A DNA stretch of 64,000 nt, taken from contig OZ024743.1 in NCBI GenBank assembly GCA_964016885.1, positions 255,502,001 to 255,566,000 on the forward strand, written 5' to 3'. Both the position numbers and the translations under genes were made by a program. Of this stretch, positions 1-11,528 are shown one piece after another; position 1 is the first letter of the stretch, and each line of letters begins with the position of its first letter. The DNA comes from Eledone cirrhosa. Its lineage: Eukaryota. The notes under the pieces are model-generated. The model was given only the letters and a program-made list of their open reading frames with translations. It ran no database searches and was not told the DNA's origin.

Positions 1-504
1 TATTTCTGGTGGTAGTGAAGGTGTTGATGAGGGTTGTGGTGTTGGTGATAGTGATGGTGGTGATGCAATTGGTGATAGGGGTATTAGTGATGGTAGTTAC
101 GGTGTTTTTAGTGTTGGTGTTGCTGCGTTGATGTTGATTATTATTTTGATTGTGGTGGGGGTGATTGTGGTCGTGGTATTCATACTACTAGTAGTAGTAG
201 TAATAATGCCCATAGTGGTGGTGAAGGTATGTGTACGTCTGTATGTTTTCACTGATGTAGAATAAACAAGGTAGCTATTTGGATATGGTGTGGTGGACTT
301 TAGGTTTTCTGCTCAAATTCACTTAAAGAAATATTTTGTGGCTATTGGTGTTGTCTATTTGAGGCGGTACAGTTGATTCAACATGTTTCAGAGGTGAGAC
401 AATACCAACCAGCTCTGTGAAGATTAGGCAACTGCTACAATTGTATATAAAAGATAAATCTTTACCAACATATATGTAAAATGCACCAAGTACACTCTGT
501 AAAG

Positions 505-720
505 TAGTAGTACCAGTGCCAGAAAAGAATCACTGAACAGATTTTATGGGCAAAAGCAGCTGGCAGGAGATCCAGGAGTAGACCCCGAGCAAATGGCTGG
601 ATTAAATCCATGAGCACAGTTGGTCTCGCTTGGTGATCCAACCACATCAATTGAAGATGGTTGCTTCTAACTGGACCTTCTGGGAGGCATACTTGAGGGT
701 GCTCTCAGGAATAAGTGCGC
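505..720 (+). mobile_element. Decayed 3' end of an RTE-clade (Rex3/Expander-like) LINE
   Basis: Reads QKRITEQILWAKAAGRRSRSRPRA..W, matching the RTE C-terminal G-R-x-RGRP-x-x-W motif. Frameshifted downstream. Confidence 0.5.
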
Positions 721-1212
721 GAAGAAGAAAAAGAGAAGATATATACAAATCCTCTCTGAGACTGACATACATAGACATATGCATGTGTTTTTGTATGAAT
801 ATATATATATTTATATGAGCACATGTGTTCACACATAGAGAATGCATTTGTTTGAGCTGTGCTATTTAATCCACATTAATGTTTCTGATATTAGCATTAC
901 CACATTATATTTTGTTAGAGAGAGCACAGAGGACTGCATTGGCATTTCTAGAAGATAGCATATCTATATCTCACTCTCTCTATATATATATATTTATATA
1001 AACATAATTTGCTTCCACTCTTAATATGGGCTATACCTTTATGTATTCATGAGTGAATAATAATAATGTGATGAGAATACTCAATCTTCATCAGGAACCA
1101 AAACAATTATGAATTATTTTTTTCTCAGCTACCGCTGGAACAAAAGAATTACGTTAGTCATCTAGCACATGGTGTTTATGGGGCTTTTTGCTTGCAAACA
1201 AAGTGAATATTA

Positions 1213-1403
1213 ATAATTGTTTCTACTTTTGGCACAAGGCCAGCAATTATTGCAGTGTATTACTGGTACTTTATTTTATCGACCCCGTAAGGATGAAAGG
1301 CAAAGTTAACCTTGGCAAGATTTGAACTCAGATCATAAAGGGCCATAACTCTATGCTACAAAGCATGGCATCCGACCCTCTACCGATACTGCCAATCCAC
1401 CAC
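1213..1403 (-). mobile_element. tRNA-derived SINE, family A
   Basis: Minus strand: GTGGTGGATTGGCAGTATCGGTAGAG head, B-box GAGTTCAAATC, body GTTAACTTTGCCTTTCATCCTTACGGGGTCGATAAAATAAAGTACCAGT, tail CCTTGTGCCAAAAGTAGAAACAATT. At least 8 copies in the window. Confidence 0.85.
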
Positions 1404-1440
1404 TCTTAGCAAATATCAATAATATGAGATTATTAGAAGG

Positions 1441-1630
1441 GGGGTGAATTGGTAGTATTGGTAGAGGGTCTGACACCATGCTTTGCAGCATAGAGTTATG
1501 TCAATTTATGGTCTGAGTTCAAATCCCGCTAAGGTTAACTTTGCTTTTCATCCTTATGGCGTCGATAAAATGAAGCACCAGTAATGTACTGGAGTAATTG
1601 CCTGGCCGTGTGCCAAAATTAGAAACAATT
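1441..1630 (+). mobile_element. tRNA-derived SINE, family A
   Basis: Same head, B-box, body and tail as 1213-1403, in the opposite orientation. Confidence 0.85.
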
Positions 1631-2022
1631 TTTCTAATATTATAATTATTCACTCACAAATACATTTAGATATCCACTATGTTAAGAGCATGAACAAATT
1701 ATGTATTTCAATTTTCGGCAACTGTACATTCGCTCAGTATGCAAATGAGGCTAATCAGCCAACTATACATTTGAGAATGCTATGTATTCTCAGCAGTTCC
1801 AGCGGGTAGCTGTGATGATAATACACATTCTTGATAAGGAACAAACACTCCAGAAAAATTGTTCATTGTTTTCTCTCAGTTACTGCTGGAACAAAGGGAT
1901 GATGTTAGTCATCTAACATGTGGTCTTTATGCTTGCAAAGAAACTGAATATTAATGATATTATATTATTATAGTATTGTCATTATTATTCACTCACGAAT
2001 ATATATATATATATATATATAT

Positions 2023-3268
2023 GCACTTATAGCTGAATCTATGGTAGAACTAGAGAAGCAATTCCAAACTTGGAAACAGGGACTAGAAAGAAAGGGTCTC
2101 AAAGTCAACCTGACAAAGACAAAGGTCCTTGTAAGTAGACAAGAAAACAGAACCCAGATCCCCTCAGGGAAATGGCCTTGCGCAGTATGTAGGAAAGGTG
2201 TAGGTAGGAACTCCATTCTCTGCCCCAAATGCAAACAATGGGTACACAAGAGATGTAGCGGGATCTCAGGAAGCTTAACTAAGAATGTAGGCTTCACATG
2301 CAGTAGCTGTGCTGGGACAGCAAGCAGCAAACAGCCACAGGAAACAAGTACCACCAATCTCTGCGAGGGCTCTGTAGAAATGGTAGACAGCTTCTGCTAC
2401 CTAGGTGACCGAATTAGCAGCGGAGGTTGGTGCTCAGAAGGTACAATAAGATGGGTAAGAATGGGATGGAAGAAGGTCAGGGAACTACTGTCACTGCTAG
2501 CTGCAAAAGGCTTCTCCCTCAAAATGAAAGGCAGACTGTATGATGCGTGTATCCAAACAGCAATGTTACATGGTAGTGAGACTGTGCGCTGTCTGTGGAA
2601 GACTTGCATAGATTAGAAAGGAATGAAGCCTACATGCTCCGATTGTTGTGTAATAGTAATATATGTGAACGGTAAAGCATAAATGAATTGAAAGAGAGAC
2701 TGAGCATAAGAGGAATCAAATGCTGTGTGCAGGAGAGGCGGTTGCATTGGTATGGACACGTGATACGTATGAAGGATGACAGCTGCATAAAAAGGTGCAG
2801 AGCACTAGAAGTCAATGGAAACTGCGGAGTGAGGAGATAAATGAGGTGATAAAAGCCGACCTTACCCAATTACACCTCTCAAAGGCAATGATACATGACC
2901 GTGACCTCTGGTGTCACGCAGCAATACAGATTACCCGACATCCCATGGGTACAAGCTGAAGCACATAGACAATATGCCCCACACCCTCCCACTGCAAAGT
3001 GGTTGTGGAGGTGCCACGGAAAAAAAGCACCCAGCCCACACTGTAAAGTAGATGTGTAGGCGCCACGGAAAAAAAGCACCCAGCACTCACTGTAAATGAG
3101 GTGGGTGTTAGGAAGCACATCCAGCTGTAGAAAGCAAGCCAAAATCAGTTCCTGTATGAGCAAGGAATGGTCAGCCAACCAGACACTGCCCACAACAGGA
3201 CAACCCGCCTAACCCATGCTAGCATGGAAGAATGGACGTAAAACGGTGATCATGATGATGATGATGAT
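2023..3268 (+). mobile_element. 5'-truncated RTE LINE, family B (RT C-terminus, PHD finger, 3' UTR, (GAT)n tail)
   Basis: ORF 1954-2616 (ALIAESMVELEK..CAVC..CPKC..HKRC..CSSC..FCYLG) is homologous to the full-length ORF. It is closely similar to 37078-38324, starts in (TA)n and ends TGGACGTAAAACGGTGATCATGATGATG. Confidence 0.92.
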
Positions 3269-3491
3269 ATATATATATATATACAAATATACATTAGCGA
3301 GAATCGTATTTCAGCTTTGGAATTAGCGAAAAACAACTTCCGAGATGTGTGGCAAGTGCTCAATAATTCTGACGAACCAGAGCTACAACATACGTTAAAG
3401 GCCAAACACACTGAGACGATGGTTAAACTGTCATCCGCACAGCCATAGAAACGACCAAGTAATTCGGGTCAAACAAATAAAAATATATATA

Positions 3492-3800
3492 TATAAACGT
3501 TTGTATATGTATAATAAAGCCAAAACAATGCAGGTATGGACATAGAATAAAGAATGCAAATGCAAAAGATATTGTTGACAATTAGTCTTTTACCTTAGAT
3601 TTATTTAAATGTCCTTAATTTTCGAGATAATATCTCTTCTTCGGAGGGAAGTAAAGCGGTTAAACCAGTGTTCTAAATAGCTTGCCAAGTCATCTAAGGT
3701 AAAAGATTAATTGTCAAAAATATCTTTTGCATTTGCATTCTTTATTCTATGTCCATACCTGCATTGTTTTGGCTTTATTATACATATACAAACGTTTATA
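3492..3800. repeat. Fold-back: 109-bp inverted arms (3492-3600 / 3692-3800) around a 91-bp spacer
   Basis: Arms are reverse complements with few mismatches. The spacer holds a decayed hammerhead-like motif on the minus strand (3613-3647). Confidence 0.9.
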
Positions 3801-3881
3801 CCTCAATACACAATGTTTCAAGTGAACTATAACCTCCTCCTATATATATATATGTGTAAATATATATATATATATATATAT

Positions 3882-4657
3882 AAAATGCACACAATGCAGA
3901 TCCTGGGTACACAAGAGATGTAGCAGGATAGCAGGCAAACTAACAGGTAGGGAGAAATATGTATGCAGTAGATGTACAGGGAAATTAGACAGTAGAAGTC
4001 ACACTGATAGACACATTTTTCAAATGCAAGATGGTGCTATAGAAGTGGTGGATAGCTTCCGGTACCTAGGAGATCAGATTAGCATGGGAGGAGGGTGTTC
4101 CGAGGCCATAGTATCTAGAATAAGGACGGGTTGGAAGAAGTTTAGGGAGCTGCTTCCTCTGTTGACGAAGAAGGGTTTCTCCCTGCGTACGAAAGGCCGG
4201 TTGTATGATGCCTGTGTGAGGAGCGCGATGCTGCATGGTAGTGAGACATGGGCAGCAACTGCAGAGGATATGCGACGACTGGAGAGAAATGAGGCAAGCA
4301 TGCTGCAGTGTAAATGTGCGTGAACGACCCAGCATAAATGTGTTGAGAGAGAAACTGTGTCTGAGAGGGATAGAATTTAGTGTACGGGAGAGGAGACTGA
4401 GGTGGTATGGACATGTGATGCGCATGGAGGATGACCGATGGGTGAAGAAGTGCCAGGAATTGCCAGTTGAAGGAAGACGTGGTAGAGGTAGACCACGAAA
4501 AACATGGGCGGAGGTGGTGAGAACAGACCTCAGATCATTGAAGCTCACGGTGGAGATGACGAGGGACTGTGACGAGTGGAGAGATGCTGTGCTGAATAAG
4601 ACCCGCCCCACCCTTGCAAGCAGGGAAAAGCGGACGTAAAATGATGATGATGATGAT
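3882..4657 (+). mobile_element. 5'-truncated RTE LINE, family C
   Basis: KCTQCRSWVHKRC..VCSRC (PHD half), SFRYLG, GRLYDACVRSAMLHGSETW, RRLRWYGHV, GRGRPRKTW. Very short 3' UTR ending CGGACGTAAAATGATGATG. Confidence 0.92.
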
Positions 4658-4949
4658 GCTGATTATATATACATATATATATATAGATATGTGTGTATAT
4701 ATACATATGTGAAATACGTTTGATGTATGATACAAACCCAACCAGTTATGAAGATGAATACAAGTACATTCTCACTTCATCACGCATATGATGCAAATAT
4801 ATGATGCAAACAGGTGAAGTGTGAATTGCTGTATATGATATAGAAATATGTTTTGGTCAACAAATTAAATAAAATTATTATCTATAATAGAATAAGAGCT
4901 ATATATCATTTGAGAAACACATAGTATTTTGTACGTATATAAAGCAAAT

Positions 4950-5750
4950 AATATTTAGGAAATGACGTTCAGTCCTGTTTATTCTCAAACATAGATAACT
5001 ACACAACTTCTCCATAGAACACCCCAATAAAAACGGTTCCCTGTCCCTGCTGGACTTCCAATTAAGAATATAGGAAAGCCACCAGCAGAGATCTGTTTGT
5101 GTATTATAGATCATCTCTCCCTCGTGGTGCTAAAACAGGGTACATAAGAAGGGAACTTAGTCATATCTGGTGTAAATCTAGCAATAGAGAGGACCAGATC
5201 ACTCACACTGCACATTTCATGGATGTACTAAAGATGAACGGATACCCAACATCCACAAGGAATCGTCTTAGGAATCAAAGCCTTCACAGGTATAAAACCT
5301 TCTCAAACACCTGCTTCATGAAAGTACTGCACTTCAGTGAAAACAAAACCACATCAATCAGCAGAGCTATCTGAAAAGAATGACTGGAGGTACAATTAGC
5401 TCACTCCAGCCGTTCATTGTGAGGATATCTATCTGAAAAGCAATCGAGTGACAACAACAACCAGTGAACTGCCCTAGCTGTGCCACAGGTATGTGCCAGT
5501 AGACACATATGGTATACTGGATTGAATGCAATAAATGTAAAGAGTTCTACAACACCTCAACACACATGCATCCTCATTCAAAAAACACATTAACAAATAA
5601 AAAAAACTCCAACAAAAATATAACAGTAAATATTGAAGCCCGTGAGGGAAATCTTGGCAACTTAAGAATAAAGAAAACATTGCTTATACATATGCTCAAC
5701 TCACAAATCATCAACAGAATGGAACTCAGCACACAATACTTGACATAAAA
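4950..5750 (+). mobile_element. Decayed Penelope-like element remnant (RT thumb to GIY-YIG)
   Basis: Fragmentary frames FSIEHPNKNGSLSLLDF, VLKMNGYP and VYWIECNKCKEFY resemble PLE RT-end and GIY-YIG motifs. Confidence 0.55.
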
Positions 5751-6297
5751 GGACACACCCACCCAAACACACACACTCGCAACCTAAACACAACAATTTA
5801 CACAAGAAATTTGCTTCCATGAGATAATATATATAGCAATTGCCATCATCATGCTGCTTATCACAGATACAACAAATGTCAAACACAATGCTTGAAAGCA
5901 GTTTCGAAATTTTAAATAAAAGCTAATCTCAAAGTGATAAGACCGTTTTGTTCTGAGGGTTCCTTATATATGACGGAGGGAATTTTAAGTCCCAAAATGT
6001 CAGGACGAAAAAGAAAGAGATGATAATAATAAATACTAAGTAACTAACTTTTTGGTTGCCTTCATTTTACTGTCCATTTCGCATTGTCTTAGCCTTCTTA
6101 AACTTATCATTTTCTACATTAAATACTATACACAATGCTTCATGCAAGCTACAACATTGTATCATATATATAGGGAGAGAGAGAGAGAGAAGTTGATGTT
6201 ATATGAAGAGAAAGGGAGGGAGAAAGATGAAATAGATATTGGATTATTGTGTTGGTTTTCTGTTGGTTTTCTGTATGTGTGTAAGTGTATAAGTATA

Positions 6298-6391
<94 letters not shown>

Positions 6392-6904
6392 GATACATGT
6401 GTGTATATATGCATGTATACTATTTATATATATATAAATGTACCCACATACATATACATGCGTGTGTGTATAAGTCTGAAAATTATGATGATGATGATGA
6501 AAGAAACAAAAACGGTGAGATAGATGATGGATGGAATGTTACGAGGAGAAAGAAATGTGTTGCTGTTACCTGCAAGTAGAATGTTGGCAGAACAGTGTCA
6601 ACGCCATCTCAGTGATGATGAAGCAGGGTCCATGTTGAAAAACAAACACTCAAAGACAAAAAAACAAAAACATAAACAAGAAAAATAAACACAAAAAATA
6701 GCAACCATATGAAATTGAAAACAATTGCAGATATATAGAGCCAAACAATTATCTTCATGAATTTTTATTTGCTGCAAAACGTTTCTAGGAGAGAGGCTGG
6801 AATGTTACGAAGACAGCACCAATTTCAAAGTGGATTCTAAGCCTTACAGGTCACAGATGATCGTCCATCATTGTTAATTTTTATCTACTTTCTTCAATAA
6901 AATG

Positions 6905-6942
<38 letters not shown>

Positions 6943-7166
6943 TACATATGTATATGTGTTTTTATATATATTAACGAAAAACATAAATAGAATAAAAATA
7001 CAATGGAAAATAAAACAAGTTAGCCAGTAAAAAAGGATTGGAAGAATTATTATCTCTTTTGCTGGTCTCAAACAAAACATGCTTCATGGAAAATGCATAG
7101 GATATAGGCGGCTAATCAATAAAAACACTTAATATCCTATGCACATGGAATGGGTATAATATTCAG

Positions 7167-7211
<45 letters not shown>

Positions 7212-7606
7212 CATGCGTGCATGATATATGTGTGTGCAAATGTATATATATTTATTATTTGCTTAGATTAAAAGTTTAAGCAAATAATTTTTGCTTTCAT
7301 TCTTTTACAGGAACTTCAGAAACAGATATTTTTCAATCTGTGTACGCAAATATATATATTTTAAAATGTTACAGCAAATGTCATATTCAAAATACAGTCT
7401 TTGATCTTTGTATTTTTTATTATTAAACAAATTATATATATATATATAGATCCTGAGTGATATTGGGAGTTACGGCAGTAAATATGGTACTCAATATATT
7501 AATAGCATGAAAATAACAAAATTTAATATAGAAATGGGTTCTACAAGACTAGAACTGCTTCTTTTGTATGAAATCATGAGGACTATAATATGTATATATA
7601 TGCATA

Positions 7607-7736
7607 ACACAGAAAGTATGGTAAGAAACCAGCTGGACCATAACACACCAGAGTACTCATTACTTAGGTTAGTAGAGTGGGTAATAGAAAAAGAGTCAGG
7701 ACCCTGACGCTGTCGGGGTCCTGACTCTTTTCCTAT
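7607..7736. repeat. Short repeat ending in a 25-bp-arm hairpin (homologue of 63627-63835)
   Basis: Shared ~75-bp leader GGTAAG(A/G)AACCAG(C/A)TGGACCATAAC..GTAGAGTGGGTAATAG. Arms at 7684-7708 / 7712-7736. Confidence 0.8.
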
Positions 7737-8156
7737 ATATATATATATATATGTATCATCATCATCATCATCATCATCAACGTTTAACGTCCGTGTTCCA
7801 CGCTTGCATGGGTTTGGACGGGGGTAGTCCCACTTGAGGCATGAGTGATTGTCTTGCTCGCATAGGACTGTCTGGCAGGTTTTCTACAGTTGGATGCCCT
7901 TCCTAACACCAACCACATTTACAGTGTGGGTCTGGGAGGTTTTTACCGTGTTGCCTACACGGCCACATTACAGCGTGGACTGTGTGTTTTTTTGTCGTGA
8001 CACCTACACGATCTCATTTGTTTCGGCCTCGATGGCGCGGCACCAACATAACTTTACATAGAACGGGGTGGTGTGGATCGGGTGGGGGTGGTGGTGGTGG
8101 GACGGGGTGTATTTTGTTAGAGATGCCTACTGGCTGGAGTAGGTTTTACTATATAT

Positions 8157-11100
8157 TTAGGTAAGGCGGGTCTTCTCTGTTACTGAGTACCGCCAAAGGT
8201 CTCGGTCCAGTGACATTGTCTTGGAGAGGTGTAAGTGTGTGATGTCGGAGTTTATCAGCTCGTCCCAGGTTTTTCTAGGTCTGCCTATTCCGTGACTACC
8301 GTCTATCTTTATTGCCCTGCACTTTGTTATACAGCTATCGACTTTCATGCGCATCACGTGTCCATACCAACGTAGCCTTCTCTCGAGTAAACAACATCTG
8401 ATCCCTCTTATCTCTAATTTTTTCCTTAGTTCGTTTATGCTTTGCCGTTCACGTATATTACTGTTACACATCCAGCGGAGCATGCAAGCTTCGTTCCTCT
8501 CTAGTCTGCGTATATCCTCTGCACACAATGCCCAGGTCTCACTGCCATGCAGCATTGCTGTTCGTATGCAGGCATCGTACAACCTGCCTTTCATTTTTAG
8601 TGAGAACCCTTTAGCAGCTAATAGTGGTATAAGCTCTCTGAACTTTTTCCAACCAGTTCTGACTCTAGCTACAGTACTTTCAGAGCACCCTCCCCCACTG
8701 CTGATTTTATCGCCCAGGTAACGGAAGCTGTCCACTATTTCTATAGAACCCTCTGCGCAATTGAAAGAGCTAGTAGTTTGTGGGCACTTGCTGCTACTTA
8801 TTGCACCAGAGCACCGGCCACATGTAAAATCTATGTTCTTAGTTAGCTTACCTGTGATCCCACTACATCTTTTATGCACCCATACTTTGCATTTAGGACA
8901 TAAAATGGAGTTTCTACCTACGCCTTTCCTACACACCGAGCACGACCATTTCCCAGAAGGGACCGCCGCCTTGTTTTCTTTCCTACAAACTAGTACTTTG
9001 GTCTTAGCCAGGTTAATTTTAAGTCCTTTTGACTCTAGGCCGTGCTTCCATGTTTGGAATTTCTTCTCTAGCTCGGCCATTGATTCCGCTATGAGTGTCA
9101 GGTCGTCTGCGTATAGGAGTTCCCATGGGCAGCCTGTCTTGAACTCCTCTGTTATAGCCTGAAGGGCAATAATAAATAGTAGTGGACTGAGAACAGAGCC
9201 CTGATGGACGCCAACTTTTACGCTAAACTCTTCACTATATTCGTTGTTAATTCTAACCTTGCTGACTGTTTCTTTATACATGGCTTGTATAGCCCTCACA
9301 AGCCATTCGTCAACGCCTAGTTTTCTAAGAGCCCACCAGATAATGGAGCGGGGGACTCTGTCGAAGGCTTTCTCCAAGTCGACAAAAGCTAAGTAGAGGG
9401 GTTTACCTTTAGCTAGGTACTTCTCCTGTAGTTGTCGTACTATGAAAAGAGCGTCTGTGGTACTTTTGCCTGACACAAACCCGAACTGCATTTCATCTAG
9501 GTCAATTCTCTCTCTGATTAGTTGCGCTATTACTCTTTCCGTGACCTTCATGACCTGGTCGATTAATTTAATGCCTCTATAGTTACTCCTATCTAGGGCG
9601 TCTCCTTTACCCTTATAACAGTTAACGATGATGCTGCTATGCCAGTCCTTCGGAACAACCCCATTCTGTACGACTTGGTTAACTATGCGGGTGACCATGG
9701 TGTGTCCCACCGTGCCAGATGCCTTCAGCATCTCAGCAACTATTTCCGAAGGCCCAGCCGCCTTACCAGTCTTCATATCCTTGATTGCCTTACTTATTAT
9801 ACTCCCCTCGACTAACACTGCTGGTCCCTCTATTGGGTCGATATGGGGGAGACTGCCTTTCTCCCAATTATTCTCCTCATTTAGAAGCCTTTCATAGTGA
9901 CACTTCCAAGCTACCTTCTTATCAGCGTCGGTGATGGCAAGTGTGCCATCGTCGTTTAGTACACACTTCTCCCCGACAATATCACGGTTTTCCTTGACGC
10001 ATTGCCTAGCAATCCTGAACACCTCACGTTTTTGGTCATCGCGTTGTAGAACATGCTTGAACTTTCTTTCCTCAGCTTCCCTTCTTGCTAAGTACACTTG
10101 TCTCCTAGCTTCCCTCCTGGCCACTTGATAGTCCTCTCTACTTCCCCCATCCCGCCATACTTTCCAAGCCTGCTTTTTGGCCTTAATTGACCCCTCCACC
10201 TTACTGTTCCACCACCATGTTACTCTCCTCCTGCCTACAGGCCTGCTCCAGCCACAGACCTCGTCTGTCGCCAACAGCAGGTTTGCTTTCAGAAATTCCC
10301 ACTCTCCCTCTATATTGTCCGACTCTAAATGTTCTTCCTTACTGTCGAAAGCATCAAGTAATATGCTTTGAAATTTATTCCTGGCTGTGGGGTCCTTTAG
10401 CTTCCATATTTTCCTCCTGAGGATAGTCCTCTTCTGTTGTCGTGTACGTCTCGTCCTGACTATGAGGTCGCTAATTATCAGTCTATGTTGGGAGGTGCAT
10501 TCTTCATGGGGGAGGGATTTAGTGTTAACAACAGACACTCTGTCACGTCTTCTGGTAAGGATATAATCTACCTGGCTTGTGTGTTCCCCGGATCTATAGG
10601 TGATCAGGTGATTGTCACGTTTTTTGAAGTTAGTGTTACAGATAGTTAGGTTATTTGCATCACAGAATTCCAGGATTCTGGAGCCTTCCTCATTTCTAGT
10701 ACCAAACCCATAGCCTCCATGGATTTCGTCGTAGCCGTCACAATGTTGTCCAACGTGACCATTTAGGTCGCCTGCGATAATTATATAGTCACTGTCGGAT
10801 ATTTGGGAGGTAGTTAGCATCAGTGTCTCATAGAATCTGTCTTTTATAGTGCCGGGCAGTCCGGATTGGGGTGCGTACGCAGATATTACTGTCACCGTAG
10901 TTCTATTGGGGACAAGTCGTATTTTAATTATTCTGTCGTTCACTCTATTTACGTCTATTATCTTATCTGCCCACTTTTCTGCTACCATGATTCCTACTCC
11001 ACCCAGCCCATCGTCGTTTCCCACCCAGAAAAGCTTATAACATCGTTTTTTACCCTCAATGAACCTAGCAGACCCACCCCTCCACCTGGTCTCTTGAATA

Positions 11101-11387
11101 CAACAAACATCGACCTCCTTACGTTCAAGCATTTCTACAACCTCGTTAGCGCGACCCTTTAGGGTGCCTACATTTATGGTACCAACTCTGAAGTTTTGGA
11201 TTGCGTTTGGGGGTTGGGGGCGGTGAGGGGCGGGGGGCGATGGGGTTATGTTAGCCGTCCGCGGTCGAAACAATGAGGAGTGCTCGCATTCTCGTCCAAG
11301 GGGTGAATTTGTCTTTATCTTTGGCATTGTCGCTGAGCGTCCAGATTTTTCTCTCTCACCTCCACTCTCCAGGATTCCGCAGTCCAT
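8157..11387 (-). CDS. RTE LINE ORF: APE endonuclease + reverse transcriptase with embedded PHD finger (1076 aa)
   Basis: APE motifs GTINVGTL, CIQETRW, SAYAPQ, IAGDLNGHVG, SQVDYIL, SQHRL. RT motifs YKGKGD..NYRGIKL, FVDLEKAFDRV, GVHQGSVLSPLLF, LLYADD, FRYLG. RTE C-terminus RRLRWYGHV..GRPRKTW. No stops or frameshifts. Confidence 0.97.
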   Translation of the reverse strand: MDCGILESGGEREKSGRSATMPKIKTNSPLGRECEHSSLFRPRTANITPSPPAPHRPQPPNAIQNFRVGTINVGTLKGRANEVVEMLERKEVDVCCIQETRWRGGSARFIEGKKRCYKLFWVGNDDGLGGVGIMVAEKWADKIIDVNRVNDRIIKIRLVPNRTTVTVISAYAPQSGLPGTIKDRFYETLMLTTSQISDSDYIIIAGDLNGHVGQHCDGYDEIHGGYGFGTRNEEGSRILEFCDANNLTICNTNFKKRDNHLITYRSGEHTSQVDYILTRRRDRVSVVNTKSLPHEECTSQHRLIISDLIVRTRRTRQQKRTILRRKIWKLKDPTARNKFQSILLDAFDSKEEHLESDNIEGEWEFLKANLLLATDEVCGWSRPVGRRRVTWWWNSKVEGSIKAKKQAWKVWRDGGSREDYQVARREARRQVYLARREAEERKFKHVLQRDDQKREVFRIARQCVKENRDIVGEKCVLNDDGTLAITDADKKVAWKCHYERLLNEENNWEKGSLPHIDPIEGPAVLVEGSIISKAIKDMKTGKAAGPSEIVAEMLKASGTVGHTMVTRIVNQVVQNGVVPKDWHSSIIVNCYKGKGDALDRSNYRGIKLIDQVMKVTERVIAQLIRERIDLDEMQFGFVSGKSTTDALFIVRQLQEKYLAKGKPLYLAFVDLEKAFDRVPRSIIWWALRKLGVDEWLVRAIQAMYKETVSKVRINNEYSEEFSVKVGVHQGSVLSPLLFIIALQAITEEFKTGCPWELLYADDLTLIAESMAELEKKFQTWKHGLESKGLKINLAKTKVLVCRKENKAAVPSGKWSCSVCRKGVGRNSILCPKCKVWVHKRCSGITGKLTKNIDFTCGRCSGAISSSKCPQTTSSFNCAEGSIEIVDSFRYLGDKISSGGGCSESTVARVRTGWKKFRELIPLLAAKGFSLKMKGRLYDACIRTAMLHGSETWALCAEDIRRLERNEACMLRWMCNSNIRERQSINELRKKLEIRGIRCCLLERRLRWYGHVMRMKVDSCITKCRAIKIDGSHGIGRPRKTWDELINSDITHLHLSKTMSLDRDLWRYSVTEKTRLT

Positions 11388-11528
11388 CCATCCATCATAT
11401 ATCGTATATCGAAAGGCAACCAGGCAAGCGATAGTATAGGCCTCTGGTTTCTGATTGGTCCGCGTAATAATACTGGTGATGCGTGGGGGCTCTGTTTTAT
11501 GATTGGTCCACGTAATAGCAATGTTAGG

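Noticed and set aside
3369-3465. Further hammerhead candidates (CTGACGA at 3369; also 1088, 5890, 40488, 62980)
   Set aside because: The second core half or stem I pairing is missing.
6571-7341. Possible small host exons (minus CAG|GTAACA at ~6570; plus TTACAG|GAAC at 7311)
   Set aside because: Short, no recognisable protein, and inconsistent strands; cannot be supported without RNA data.
8347-11439. Antisense ORFs over the RTE ORF
   Set aside because: Short shadow ORFs of the coding strand with no independent motifs.
11240-11460. HDV-like ribozyme at the RTE 5' end (GGCTAA motif); also tried at 26935-27020
   Set aside because: A complete P1/P1.1/P2/P3 nested pseudoknot could not be built by eye.
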